DNA of 63,470 nt, the filler included, from Intoshia linei (taxonomy: Eukaryota > Animalia > Orthonectida), in NCBI GenBank assembly GCA_001642005.1. It is 8 parts of 8 records of this genome, joined end to end, with 100 filler letters (N's around TTAATTAATTAA, not from the genome) between each part and the next. Parts side by side here need not be neighbours in the genome. Positions count along the whole stretch, not along the records: positions 18,419 to 31,207 come from LWCA01001055.1; positions 31,308 to 43,610 come from LWCA01001139.1; 6 more parts are not named here. One strand, given 5' to 3'. Shown in pieces: positions 25,501-40,200 of this stretch (its first letter is position 1; every line of letters starts with the position of its first letter). The notes below the pieces were generated by a model. It worked only from the letters and a program-made list of their open reading frames with translations. It was not told the DNA's origin and searched no databases. Made by a program: the position numbers and the translations under genes.

Positions 25501-28500
25501 ATAATGTTAATTATAATTATTCATGTAATAATATAAATAATTCAAATAACAAATTGAAATCTAAAAAAAAATTGGAAATTCTAAGCATTGAAAAAAGATT
25601 TCAACGTAATATATTAAATAGTAGTTCAATTTTGATGTTGTATAAGATTTCATTTTAACATTTTAATGGATTTAAATATTTAAAATGTATTACATATATT
25701 ATATACAAATAATGTTAATTAAATGTAACAGTTATATTTGAACATACACTGTGATAATTTATTAAAAATTGATAAGTGTACATAAAATTTGCGCCGTTTG
25801 CTATTACAATTTGTCGACCAAAGAGGTCCCTGGGGACCCATTTCGGGATGCTAAATTACATACACATTTATAAGTGTATATCACCTTTTAAATATGATGT
25901 TAATATCAACTAACTGTTGAATTACATTTTTAAAGCAAATAAAATTGTAAAATATTATCAAAAAATTACCTCAATTAATGAAGTTTTAAGTGTTTTTTTC
26001 TCACTATTTAACGTTTTTATTTTATTTTCGAATGCAATTATATTTTCTTGGTTTAATTCTTTTAACATAATAATCTACAAATAAAGTTAATATAACAGTG
26101 TGACAGATACTAAACTACAATACCTCAAGCAGGGTCGTGGTGAGCCAACAGTGGTCCCAACAAAAATAAATTATTAATTAATTATTTTCATCAACAAAAA
26201 TTTTATTATTCTCTATACCAAGTGTTGAAAAGTGGGTCATATATCAGGGGAACCCGGCTCTACACCATTGTTTAATCGTGGTGTTGTTGAACACTGTTTT
26301 CAGCCTTACCCTGCGAGAGTGAGAACATTTCGTACCATAATACCACAACCAAGGTTTTAATTAAACCACCTATTAATTTATAATAATAAGTCCCGTAATG
26401 ATCGGCTCGCTCCACGCCCTGTCCCAGAACTTTGAAAAATTTTGATACACTTTTTAAATTGTAATTATTACCATAAAAGCATAAGTAGCATACATCATAT
26501 ATAACATATATATATAATATATATTTATATTAATATCTTTAGATAAAAATGAAAATTAGGGGTCTATTTTTAAATATGGTGGTTTTAGAGTTGAATGTGG
26601 TATTTTAGATGTCACAATAAGCCTATAACTATTATTATATAGACATCCTCACCATTTCAAAAATATGGTTACATATATAATAGTGTTTCCTAACCTTTTT
26701 ATACTAGGCCCAGTTTAACTCTTAAAAAATCCCAGGCTCCACTTCAATAAATGACTAACGGTAACTTCAATTGCATGGGGTTAAATTTACATAAGTTCAA
26801 TCAAAAAAGAATTATTATTAAATCAGTAATTATTTTTTACTAAAAAATATAATTTTCTAATAAATTATAAATTAAAAGATTTTTTGTCGAAAGTTGAGCT
26901 CATTAATGATATCACTGAACCTGACTATTCTTACATATTTTTTTAATCCGAAATAAAACATTAAAAATTAAGTCGTAGAATTAAAGCAACCACAATTTCT
27001 AATACATTATTTCGAGAGTCATGTTATCATAACATGACGATAATAGTTATCGCAAATTTTTTTTCAAAAATTGAGCCATTCAGGATCAAAAACCTAAATT
27101 ATGTTTTTTTATTAAATAATATAATCAGTCCTAGCATTTTAAAGAACATAAATTCTGGAACGGGTTTTAACATCAATACTATTGTTTTAAATCTCAACCT
27201 TAGAAACTTACACCTTCGTGTTCAAACCCAGAAATGAACCCTTTTTTGAAAAATGAAAAAAGTTTCACACTTTATAAAACATCAATTCTCAATATTTTTT
27301 AAAACATGAGCATTATCATCAATCACAACCTCAAAAACTTAAAATCAACTAAAAAGTTCACCCTCGGCAGAGTTAGCTACTGTTTTTTAGAACCAAATAA
27401 CAGTCAAACTAGTATTGTACAAAATTAATAATGGGACAATTAACAATTAAACTAAACTTTTCATAATTCCAATAAATTAGTGACATGTCCCTGGTTCACC
27501 AGTGGGGCCTACCCCCACGGTTAGGAGAAAGTGGTTTATAATATGCATCCACTTCAGTTATTTTACTATACCTCTTCTTCAAAATCAGAAATTTTCAATT
27601 TTGCTTCCTCTAGTGACAATTTTAATTCTTCAATAATATCCTACAAATATTAAAATTACCCATTAAATATCAAAATTTTACATTTTTCTCTTTTAGTTGA
27701 TCTAGTAACAATAATTGATTTTTCTGGTTTTTCATTCGCTAAATTAAAATTTATTACAATACCAAATTTACAATGTAAAAGTAGGGTTAGAATAATCAAA
27801 TATATGATAAACCTAACATTTTAAATAAGGTGCTCAAATTGCAACAAGGCTATGTAATACACAGTTTGTATATTGATTTTACAAATGTAAAATTTTTTCT
27901 GGTAAATCTTTACAAATTATATTATACATGCATGTAGTGAGAGCCGAATCTACCATACCGAGACCCAAAAAAAATGACACTTTAGACAAAAGAAATTTTT
28001 GTAAAATGAAGACCACATTTTTCCCAAATAATACTACAATTTAAAAAATGCGGCACCCTCAGTTTTTGTGTAATTTGATAATGTAATGTTAATTTCTTAA
28101 CATTTACAGCTATCGCATAGCAATACATTTAAATTAACCCCGTTTTGGGGCAAAAAATATTAAAATTAAAAGTATTTAAAATTTTTATTTCATTTTATAT
28201 TATTCTAATTATTAATTTGTAAAATTTAAAAATATGACAAAAAAATTTACACTATCCATTAATTCTTGTAATTTATCATATTCATCTTGTGTAATTTTGA
28301 GTGTACTTTCTATGAAAATAAAATGAAACAATAATTTCCACATTAACCTGTTTCTACCAACTTGTCTTTCAAAATTTCAATTGTTCTATTCAATTCGTTG
28401 ATCTTATCGTTCATCATAACAATATTTTCATTTAATTCCTTAATTAGTAATTCTTTTTCAGATTCAGTATTGAGTTTCTGAAAGTACATGTATAATTGTA

Positions 28501-30914
28501 TATCAGATAAACAGTTTATTTCCATATTATGTATAATTATTTCAAAAAAATGCAAAAAAAATTTCAAACGTTTTGTGTATACGATTACTCGCAACAATTT
28601 TTCAAATAAAATTTAAATTTTGAAATAAAATGAGGCAATATTCCAATATTATAAACTTTTTTGTAAACCGTATCTAATTTGCTAAATTTTCAAAACTTTT
28701 ATTGGTCCATAACTTTAATTGAACCGGACATATAACCATTTTTTTAATACTGTACTCGCTATTCAGATCGTAAATTAATTCATAACAGATAATGCAAAAT
28801 AGCGACCGTTAACAGCATAGAATATTACAAAAATCATCATAATGGCGATAATTATAGTCAAATTTAATAAAATTATTTTTTTAAACTAAAATGTGACGAG
28901 TTTTAAATGGTTGATTTTTTTAACAAAATATGGTTAAACAGTTGACTAAAATTATCGTTACTATTAAACTTTTTGAAATATTCGCTGTTAACATGTGGCT
29001 ATTATGATAATCGTAATTTGTAAATATACACCATAATTCATGAATAGTTCGTTCAATGAACTATAATAATAAATTTACCTCTAAAAGAATATTTTTGGTT
29101 TCAATCTAAATATAATATATTCATTAATAAAATATGCTTGGTACCGTTTTTTTTAATTCTTCAATTTCGTTTTTAAAATTTTCAATATCTTTTCTATTGT
29201 CTCCAGATTCACGAATGTACTTTTGTTGTAATTCATTATAATTATCAGTTTTACTTTTTAATTTTTCTTTTAAATCGTTAATTTGTTTCAAATATTTACT
29301 CTAAAATGTGATGTACAATGACATGGGAGGCCATAACATTGAAACGTTGCACAATTTTTGTACAATGTAATTAGTTACTTCTTAGTTAAGTGTACTTACT
29401 TCTTAGAATTAAAAATTACTGAGACTCACTAGCGTCATTGAATTCGGTTTATTTTTTACAAATTAGTCATTTATAGAATTAAAAAATTTTCTGGTACCAG
29501 CAATTCGATCACCCTTGTATATAATCGATTTAGATTTTACATATACACTATCGAGTCAATAATATAACTTGTCATTTATAGATCATGAGAAACTTATTAA
29601 TTCATTAACTTAAATTTTAAATTGTAATTTAAAATACCGTCATGTACATCATATGTTTACTAGACGTACATAACTATTTCATATTTTATTTGAATCGAAA
29701 TATTTGAAAAACATTGGTTATAAATAATATTAAAAATTATTTTTCATCGGGAATGCGTACATTTCTCGGGTTGAACTTTTGTATTTATATTAACTAGGAT
29801 AAGCTCTATCAGAATAATCTTTTTTTTTAAATTTCGGAACGTGAATTATTTCACATTTTTTGTTTTAAAAAAATATTTCGAAAAAAAATATATAAATACT
29901 AAACTGCTTTTTTGACAGTGAAGTCGTCACTTATTCAGATTGAAATTTTCTATGTGTGTGTTAACAGGATACAACTGTACAACCTGTAAATTTTTTTAAA
30001 TTTTAAGGCTGTTTTCATTAAAAAAGGAAGGGTAATTTGGTGGTTTTGCCCTGAACATATAATTTTTTTAAATTTAAATTTATGATAATGTTGATGATTT
30101 TAAAATTCGCATCAGTATATATATTTTTTTAAATTCTCCAACTCGTTTGATTTTCTATAAAAGAGACAATTGGGGTTTTTAACCCGTAAGATGTGAGTTT
30201 AGGAAATTGAAATTTATCTTATTATACGTCCCGGAAAAAACTGTAATTGAAATGTGGACTTTATAAAATTTTAAGACTGGTAGTTATTTCAATAAACGAT
30301 AACACAAACAAATATTGCATAGTATATTATAATATGCTATGATTATATAAGTACACACAAACAAAAATCGCGTAGCATGTTATATAAGTTAGGATTAGAT
30401 GTATATTATCCATCTGGCCAACGGATTTTTTTTAGTTATTCCGGTCCCATGTCAAAAAGTTTGGTGACCACTGCCCTAGTATACAAACAATTGTAAATTT
30501 ATGTTTGTTCTTTTTTGTATATGTATATGTTGCATAGAATGTGTACAACTGTGAAATGTATACATTCATGGGTTATTCGTAGAATGTGTAAGAATTTATA
30601 TTTTAGTTTAATTTATGGGTTTTAGAAATTTTTTTTGAACCAAACTTTAAGGGGAGGATTTTTAGAATTTGTTTTAAACCAAACTTTAAAGGGGTTTTTA
30701 AAATTTTTTTTTGAACCAAAATTACAGGAGGTGGTTTTTAGGATATTTTTTTGAGCCAAACTTTCAAGAAGGGTTTTTAAGATTTTTTTTTAAAATGTAG
30801 TATCTCAAAAATTTAAATAGAATATATAAAATTGATTACATTGAATTTTTTTTGATTAGATGCAAGAGAGTTTAACAATTCCTGTCTATAGCAGTTGCGA
30901 ATTTCATCAATTTT
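22519..30914 (-). CDS. Multi-exon coiled-coil protein, C10orf67/DUF4709-like (5' end beyond gap)
   Basis: About 13 frame-compatible GT-AG exons: KIDEIRNCYRQELLNSLAS, SKYLKQINDLKEKLK, KELLIKELNEN, DIIEELKLSLEEAK, LNNSWTNKNKQLQNVLQKTKQESFIRKKTISEAAQLH. Family assignment is from remembered resemblance only; the final exon is tentative. Confidence 0.6.
23321..24503 (+). CDS. Nested hypothetical single-pass membrane protein in the opposite-strand intron
   Basis: In-frame exons EVIKKYITKEV...NDA|VKVNASQ...NSK|VITTLKPSD...YVIISAMGIMAFIIFMLFVKLIFVVSKK|KQKKTFPLL...IHSE*; a hydrophobic TM followed by a basic stop-transfer. First exon uncertain. Confidence 0.6.
27080..27412 (+). mobile_element. Helitron-like repeat, 3' portion ending in a hairpin and CTAG|T
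   Basis: Inverted internal subrepeats, then ccctcggcagag..ctgtt..aacagtcaaactag|t. Confidence 0.55.
29700..30396 (-). mobile_element. Helitron-like repeat with 5' terminus (TCC.ACTTATATAA...TGTTTGT on minus strand)
   Basis: Ends cgcgtagcatgttatataagttagga, the reverse complement of the family's TC-start 5' end. Other family segments at about 5690-6100, 16380-16670, 31665-31990, 35640-36420, 36560-36824, 38640-39480, 40470-41006, 44780-45050, 60033-60670, 61853-62020, 63110-63260. Confidence 0.6.
30615..30790. repeat. Tandem repeat, about 38-bp unit, 4-5 degenerate copies
   Basis: ggttttta(g/a)aattttttttgaaccaaactttaaggg repeated. Confidence 0.7.
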
Positions 30915-32479
30915 CTAAAAATATTAATGATAATGTATTACAGTGCGCGCAATAAACATAAAACACTCCAATTTATATTATTTTTTGGTCTATTAACATT
31001 AATTTTCATGAATATTGCATCTCTATTAAAAAAGGAATTAAAAACTACGCTTGTTGATATCATTATTTTTCTTCTGCCACCTTTATATGAAAAGTTATCA
31101 GACAAATCACTAATTAGCCGCATTATAAACATAGGACACTTCAAATTAAAATAACTTTTTTTATACGATAATCAAATTTAAAAATGTAATTACCATTTTC
31201 ATTATGTNNNNNNNNNNNNNNNNNNNNNNNNNNNNNNNNNNNNNNNNNNNNTTAATTAATTAANNNNNNNNNNNNNNNNNNNNNNNNNNNNNNNNNNNNN
31301 NNNNNNNTAAATAGTAAAATTGAACTAAATTAGTCTGGCCAGAAAACATACTTACTATTAAATTTTAGATTATGTGGTAAATAATGTAGACCAAAACTAC
31401 TTATTTATGATTTTCTACTTAAAAATTATTTTAAATAAACTAAAAGAGATAGTACGTATTTTTTGTCTACTTTAACTAAATTGTACACGCAAATACTAAT
31501 ATTTCGGTAACTGTGCAACAGTGGATAAAACTGCCGCATATTTGAGAAATTTAAGGGTGAACGACATACTGTACATTTTGGTGACACATAAAATAATCTG
31601 AATTATTATATTTTAAAAATGTTTATTTGACTGAGATTAAACAATTTAATATTATACACACACTAGCTTGGCTGTTTTGTACTTTGTACAAAAAGCACAT
31701 AGCTTTTCCGAAGGCAGACTATTTTAATTTTACCAAAAAAATATATTCAACAATACAATTTTACTTAAAAATGCTATTATTTAATATTATCAATTATTTA
31801 GAAGAATGGTTCTTAAACTTGTTATAACATGGCCAGGTCGTTTGGAAAAAAAATATTTTTTGATAATATATTGAAAGTTATTTTATAGCGGGAATGAGTA
31901 TATTGCTGAGGTTGTCATTTTGTATTTATATCAAGTGGAATAAAATGTATTAAAATAATCTTTTATGTTAATTGTAGGACTGTTAATTATTTATTTATAT
32001 AACAATGATTGTATCTTTATTATCTTAACTTTTTTAATGTTACTTAATATTTTTATCAGAAAATGTTATAATTTATCGTAAAAATATATTTTTAATCAAA
32101 TAGTCGTAAAAGAATCTTATCAATATCGTAATTTGATACATTTTTGAATTCAATATATTTAAAAATTCAGATTAAATTTAAATTTTCACGAATATATAAA
32201 ACAAAATTGTCAACTATTGACACTAAATTTATGATTAATTCATTGCATTGTTTCAGCAAAAAACAACAGTACACATCGAAAACAAAATATTTAATTTTAA
32301 ATAAATAATATTTGGCAACTCTGCATAGCAGCCCATTNAAGATAAGATAATGTTAAAAAGTTTATTATTTATAAAAAATGTATCTTAGTTGCAAAATTGA
32401 ATTTGAGTTTTGCAATTATGAGTTTGACTGTTAAAATTTTGTGTTTGACTTTTGCAAAATAGAGTTATAAAAGGTATAG

Positions 32480-33100
32480 TTTCTCAAGATAATTTTTGGT
32501 CTCATACTTTGGGTAATAAGCTCACTTCACTTTTTGTATATATAATCATGTTCATAGTATTATTATCAATTACCACAGGGACAGTTACATTTCCAGAATC
32601 AATATATTTTACACAATTAAAATTACATATTGATTTCTTTTTTTGTAATAACGGTTTGCATATTTTTGCATAATGGTTCATCTTTTTACATTTATGGCAT
32701 ACAGATTTTTTTGCAGGGTAATCCGGAAAAGATGCTAAATGATGAATTGAATCACAGCGATAACTTCGTTTTTCAGTTTTGATCGTTTTAATTTAATTGA
32801 CTTGGTCATATCAGCAATTCCCAATTTAGGCATATTTCGTTTGCCCTATGCCATGTTATTTTATCTTCAATTATTAATTTTGATTTCAATTTGTTAGATC
32901 CACAATCCTTAATTAAAATATCTAATATAATTATTTCAATATTATATTTCGTGTGATTTTACAAACGTTTATTCAAGAAACTATTGTCTTTTTAATAATA
33001 TATTATAAATTTTCCAATCTTAATTTCCGTAACCATTTCAGAAATTTTTTTTTGTTTTTAATTGATTTTCACTTTTTTTTCAACGCAATGTCTACAACTA
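32480..33100 (-). mobile_element. Ty3/gypsy gag zinc-knuckle and protease remnant
   Basis: YRCDSIHHL...PAKKSVCHKCKKMNHYAKIC (CCHC knuckle), followed by YIDSG (aspartyl protease motif). Confidence 0.7.
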
Positions 33101-33942
33101 GATAAGGCAATTTTTCTCACCCCACTGACATCATCCCAATTAATTTTTATGAACTTATTAAACACCTCCAGTCAAGTAATCAATTAATAAGTCATTTAAT
33201 CAAATAGTCGTAAAAGAATCTCATCAATATTGTAATTTGATACATTTTTGAATTCAATATATCCAAAAATTCAGACTAAATTTAAATTTCCACGAATATA
33301 TAAAAAATTGTCAACTATTAACACTAAATTTATGATTAATTCATTGCATTGTTTCAGCAAAAAACCACAGTACACATCGAAAACAAAATATTTAATTTTA
33401 AATAAATAATATTTGGCAACTCTGCATAGCAGCCCATTTATTTATTTACATGTTATTTTTGTTTGACTAATACAATTAAGGTCCTTTTTTATTTTTTGAT
33501 ATGTTTTGCTTTGATATTAAATTTATTTATAAAGTTAAATTTACAATTTTTCTGTACGTAAAATCTATAAACCTATTACATGTAGGATGATAAAATAATA
33601 AAAAAAATAATAATTTATAATATTAGTTATTAAAAATTTACCGATATTGTTAACTAAAAAAATTACACATATAATGTATTATAATGTGAATTCTTACATA
33701 ATATTATAGTGAAGTACTACAAAGTACATTATTTATGTGAGTTATGTGAGATTAGAATGTGTGGTAAAATCTTAATTATAATAAAATTAAATTGGAATAA
33801 TTTATTTTAAATTATTATTCAAGTTTAACACTCCATTAAAGGATTGATAATAGTGAGTCGAATTTTAATTAAGATTATATTATTGAATTCAATTATATAT
33901 TATAATTGTATATTATATTTCAAATCAATTTTTTCAATTGCT

Positions 33943-34215
33943 TTATTGCATGGTAACCGGGATAGACAATCTGCTACAGTGTTCATTTTTGCGCTGATGT
34001 ATTCTAATATACTGATACTGCCTTAGAAAAATAGACCATCTTTTAATTTTGGGTGCGACGTGCCCACTCGTTATTGTTTTCATTAGATGTAATAATGGTA
34101 AATAGTCTAATAATATTAAAATTATTTTTCTGTCATACACATAGTTATATCATTTCTTAATAGCAAGCAGACAAGCCAGGTCTTGTTTTTTACCAGTCGA
34201 CTGTAGCTTTTATAA
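33943..34215 (-). mobile_element. Ty3/gypsy RNase H remnant
   Basis: LACLLAIKK*YNYVYDRKIILILDYLPLL...KIKRWSIFLRQYQY...VADCLSRLP across frameshifts. Confidence 0.75.
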
Positions 34216-37200
34216 CTGAATTTTGCAAAAGTGAAACTCATAATTGCAAAACTCAAATTCAATCTTAAAACTTTATGGCGAATTTCATGAGATATATTTT
34301 TAATTGAATTATATTAATAATTTAGACTCTAAATGAAACTAAATAATATTTTAATCGTTATTTAATTTTGACACATTTAGATAAGAAGGAGTATTTAATT
34401 AAAATACTGGCAGTTTTTAATATAAAATTTTATGTATTTTCAACATAAAATCGTCAGTATAAAAACTAAAATGTCAGTATTCAATTACATATTTGTCAGT
34501 TTTTAATTGCTTTCTTGTCAGTAAATATATTCACTAGATTAGTATTTATCGAAAATTGTAAGTAACTCAACAAAAAAGTATACAGAAATAAACACATTCT
34601 ATGAAATAATATTTTGTCAGTAAAAAAATTGAATTGTAAGTTTGATGATTTTGGAGTGTCAGTATAAAAATTAAAAATCTAGTTTTTGAAATAATATATT
34701 ATTTACTACAGACCCAAGTTAAAACTGAAATATTACGATAGCATATTATACCTACGAACCATATTAAAAAAAATTAGAAATATTATGTTTTGTACACCAT
34801 AGAATATTTTTTTATGAGAACAAATTGAATATTTTACAAAAGCAAAAAAATACATTTTTGACTTCGCCCCAGTATCTCATATTGGATTTAAATTTTCGAA
34901 ATGTCAAAATTTCGATTTCTTTGGACTGAGTCAAGTTTTTCATACGATATAAAATTTACATTATTATTTATGTGTGTAATTAAAGCATGTTAACTGTTGG
35001 CATCTTTTTAAAATGACTTAATTTCAATTTTGTGAATGCTTTATTGTATAATGAAATATTTTATTACGTCAAATTGAAAAAGTGAATGAATTATCATTTA
35101 TAATTAAAATAATTAATGAATAATAACTGAATAAATTCTTTTAACATTTTTCCATACGATTGTAAACTTTTGTCTTTTAGATTAGAATTAGATTGTCTCA
35201 TAGAGTTTATGGCTTGTAGAATTATGTTACAAACTTTAGATCATAAAGACCTAAATATTATAAAAAAATTTAAATTAATCCAATTTAATGTTGTAATTAT
35301 GATATTTCTGTAAATCAATGTTTTTTAACAAATATTACTGAACAGTTTCGTGGACCGTACAATTAGATCTGTGACGCGCTTTATACCACCCTGAGACATA
35401 TCATTCTGCTGCAAATTCATAGATGTATATATTTAAATTAAGATTATTTTTTATTAATTCACCAAACGTACACTGTTCACACAGTATTCTTGAATACTTG
35501 TTCACATTAATGCATATTGATCAATACATCATAATTATTAATTATTGTATTTTATTTTTATTTATTATAATGCTAAATTACTTCTCTCTTCTGTAATCCT
35601 ATAAGACACTAAATTCAAAATATTATATTTTATAAATTCCCTAGCTTGGCTGTTTTGTACTATGTGCAAACAACTTAGCTCTACCAAGAACGGACTTATC
35701 TAAATCTATCAAAAAAATAAATTCAAGAATAAAATCTTAATTAAAAATACTACTCATTATTAACAATCATTTAAAAAAGTTATTCCTAAACTTGAATTTC
35801 ACATTACCGTTTAATTTAAAATGAATAATTTCCACTAAATGTTATTTGGTGAGCATTTTTGTATAGAATTTTAAAAAAAATTTTGTGATGCTATTTTTTT
35901 AATTTATTAGAGAGTGCAAGTGTATAATCTTAAAAATAAAAATCCTTACCATTTTTATAAATACCTTTAATTCTATCAAAAATAAAATTCTAAATTCCGG
36001 TATTTTCTTTTGAACAATTATCTTTGCATATTGAAATTTTTTTTGAGTGTTAAAAAAATATAATTGTATCATGTACAATTTTTTTGAAAATTCTAGGGCC
36101 GCATAAAAATTTAGGATTTTGACCGTGAAGATAATTTTTTTTGAGGTTACCATATATGATTATGCCTATTATTTTAAAAGCTATCCCAAAATTTATTCTT
36201 TATAAAAGTCTAGAAATCGTTTCATTTTTAAAACAAAGGTCATTTGAGGAATTGACTATCAAGGTGTGCGTTTCTCAGGCTGAGATTTACGACAATATTA
36301 ATGATTTTAAAAGCGTCCCAGAATGTATGTTTCATTAATGTTTTGGAATGATTTTACTTTTATACAAGAAGGCAAATTGGGTTATTGATCCTGAAGGACT
36401 CAAATGAAGAAATTGAAAAAGAGAACACGCAAATAGAATACAGAAATGGAAAAATAAAACACGTCCTGGGAAAAACTATATTAAAAAATTTATAAATTTA
36501 AATAAATTAAATTAAATTTGGTAAATAAATCCTAACTTAAATAAAATGCTACATAATAAATTGAAAAAATGGGATAAAAATTGTTTTTAAAATTCTTTAC
36601 GCAAATGTTAACAAACAAAAAATCAGTTTAAAGTAAATAGTAATGTGATATGATGGTTCCACCTGAAACAAATTTGGGAACCACTCCTTTAAAAGATTGA
36701 TAATAGTTAATAATGGGATTTTTAAGTTAGATTTTCAACGTGAATTTATTTTTTTGGTATAATAAAAATGTGCCCTCGGCATAGCTAGGTGCTGTTTGTA
36801 CGTAGTAGATAACAGTCAACCTAGTAAATATATCAAATAAGTTCAATAAATTAAATTTGGTTTTTTAATTATACGCGAATTAATTTAAAAAGAATAAAGC
36901 AGAGTTTTATGTTTTAGGTGGCCGCTTTAGTAAACTAGACAAATTCGAATTTAAAATTAAAAGCATTATTATGTGTCATCGTTTCATGCAAATGGCCTTG
37001 GTATTTTAGATAGACAAAAACATTGTGTTCACAATAAAAGTTTGGTATGTCCACTTGGATTTGTCAAAAAGGTCACATCTTATATTTAATAATAGTATAA
37101 TAATTACTTTTACAAAAAAAAGTGGTAATTAAGAAAAAAACCATATTTAATCTAATTTCAAAGAAATTCATTTTGATTCCTAATATAATATTTTTTATAA

Positions 37201-40200
37201 AATTTGTTTAAACAGTGATAATTGTCATAGTCATAAATAGAGAATAATAACTAGGTTATGCTCTTAAAAAAGTTTGCATCATTGTATGATATCATTAAAA
37301 TTTATGATTTGTAATTTACAAATGTAATGTACATTATATAAATACGTTGGGTTGTAATTTAACGACTTTATATAAAATGGTGTGGTCCCTCGAGTAGTTA
37401 CATTTAATTTCTATCAATTTAAATTATTATTTAAAGGTTTTTATGAATACACCAAAGTTAAACTAGACGCACAGTATTCTTGAAAACTTGTGACACCCTA
37501 ATAAACATCTATCAAATTTAAATATTACGCTTTCTAGGAGCTTTCTCGATTAAATAAATTAGTTAATACATTAGTTAAAAATTAAATAAAAATTTAAATA
37601 TACAACAATAAATAAATAACATTGTAAAATGAATCTACCCAAAATGTCTTGTAAATTTTGTACTAAATTAAATATTTAACTTTTTTAATGACGATTATTT
37701 GTTATAAAATAAATAAGTTTAATTCAGAAAAATGAAATATATTACCTAATCAAATATATGGAAATCTTATATTGCAAAAAATTTTTTGCGAATTTTTTCA
37801 AATTAATTTGTAGTTATAAATATTTGTTAAAATAACCCCTGCTCTAATAATTATATATAAAGTCATCTTTATTTTACAGAATTCCACTTATAAAATCCAC
37901 CCGCTCATAGACAGCAAAATTATATATGCGATATGATGAATATGAGCAGATTCTACGATATTAGCATATCCGTAATTGTTGTATACATGTGAAGTATATA
38001 ATTGAAATAAAATTACGTTGTAAATCATTAATTCGGTTGCTAATTTCTAAAAATATTATAAAAAAATTAGGAAATACATTATATGGACAAATCCGTATTC
38101 TCACATAGGAAGAAAGATTTTTATGAAGTATTAAACTAAACATAGTAATCATTTCTTCATTAATTATTTTAAGGGATTTTTTCGTTAGTGTCGAAAAATT
38201 GGTCTATTTTGTAAAGTTAAATTCAATAAGAAAACCTAACTTAATCATATTCTATGTAAAAAAATTAATATTCACTAATATGTATCACTGTATGATATAC
38301 TTTAAAATAGTGGTCACTAATCTTTTTGATATGGGGGCGAATAACTAAAAAAAATCCACAGTTAGATATAGAATATACATGATGGTATTTTAAATTACGA
38401 TTTAAAGTTTAAGTTAATGAATTAATAAGTTCCTTATAATCTAGAAATGACAAGTCGATGATATATGATAATTTGTAGGATATTAAAATGTTGTAGTTTG
38501 TACTTCGTTGTTTTAGTTTTAAACAAAATCTTTTGATAATAAGTATTTGAGAATCAAAAATTGCGTATCAATAAAAAAAATCCGAAGGAATATATGTATA
38601 TAGATTTCCTTCTATATTTCTTTATATGTCTACATAAATGTGTAGAGATTTGAAAAATATTGGTTGATAATATATTAAAAATAATTTCTCACCGAGATGA
38701 ATACATTTCTGAGGTTAAAATTCTGTAATTTTATATCAACTGGAATAAGCTGTATCAGAATAATCTTATTTTTTGAATTGTACGGTATTTTAAAATTTTC
38801 TGATTTAAAAAATAGTTTCGAATTAAAAAAAAATGAATATTAAAGTCCTTTTTTTGACCATGAAGGCGTCACTTAATCAGATTGGAATTTTGAGATTGAT
38901 TGATTGAAAACTGGATATAACTGTATCATATGTAATTTTTTTAAATTCCAGGGGCGTTTTGATTTTGGGATCAAAAATGGGATAAAAATTGTTTTTAAAA
39001 ATCTTTACACAAATGTTAACAAAACAAAATTAAGACGGAATAATTCACTTTAAAGTAAAAAGTAAATGTGATATAATGGTTCCCCCTGTAACAAGTTTGA
39101 GATCCATTCGTTTAAAGGATTGATAATAGTGAATAGTAGAATTTTTAAGTTAAATTTTCAACGTGAATTTATTTTTTGGTACAATAAAAATGTGCCCTTG
39201 GCAGAGCTAAGTGCTGTTTATACATAGTACATAACAGTCTAGGACTTTTTTTATTTTTACAAAAAAGGGTAATTCGGTATTTGGTCATGAACATATCTAA
39301 TGATTATGAAATTATGAAAATTATCATAGTATTGATGAATTTAAAACGTTTTATCAGAGTTTATTTTTGATAATTCTAGGACTGGTTTGAATTTAAAAAA
39401 AAAAATTGGGTTTTTTGTCATTGAAGGACTTAATTTTTGAAAATAAAACTTGCGATAAAACAACAATCTCGAAACACTATCAGAAATATGTAATTTTTAA
39501 AACTAGAATCCTCTTACTGTCTTAAATGAACTACATGCATCAAGCTGTATTATTTTTTACTTTAAACGTTTATCTGATGGACTAAAAAAATTTTTTTTTA
39601 TATATATTTTTTACTCATCGAAAGCAGATACTGAATATATATTTTAATTAAGTTTAGTTGTTTTTAAAATTTTTTACACAAATGTTAACAATCCTAACTT
39701 TAAAGCATTGATAATAATGAATATTGAATTTGTAAGGTTAGATTTTTTAATTAATCTTATTTTTTGGTATCATAAAAATTTCCGCTCTAGTCAGATATTT
39801 ATTATTTTTGTAAATAGGTAAATAGGTACATTGTACCTACTTGATCGCCTATCATAATTATATAAATTGAAATACAAAATATAATGATAATTACGCTCTA
39901 ATTGAAAATATACAAAATTTTTATTAAATAATATAGGAACTCTGGATTCGGCTTATAATTCATATACAGTAATGTAAAAAAAATAAAATGTGTTTATAAT
40001 ACATCCTTACTTATATAATATGCTACGCGATTTTTGTTTGTCTATGTGTGTATATATTTTTTTGAATTCTCGAACTTTTTTGATTTTCAAAAAAAACAAT
40101 TGGGGTTTTTGACTCGTAATATGTGAGTTTAAGAGGTTGAAATTTAGTTTGCGAACACCCCCAGAAAAAAACTAATTAAAATGTGGACTTTATAAAATAT

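Noticed and set aside
32090-33438. Direct repeats of about 245 bp flanking gypsy gag, resembling LTRs
   Set aside because: No TG..CA ends, PBS or PPT seen; the first copy ends exactly at an n-join, so it is probably an allelic or assembly duplicate.
33946-33958. X-box-like attgcatggtaac (possible RFX site)
   Set aside because: Imperfect, lies in the gypsy RNase H coding remnant (SRLP), and no gene start is nearby.
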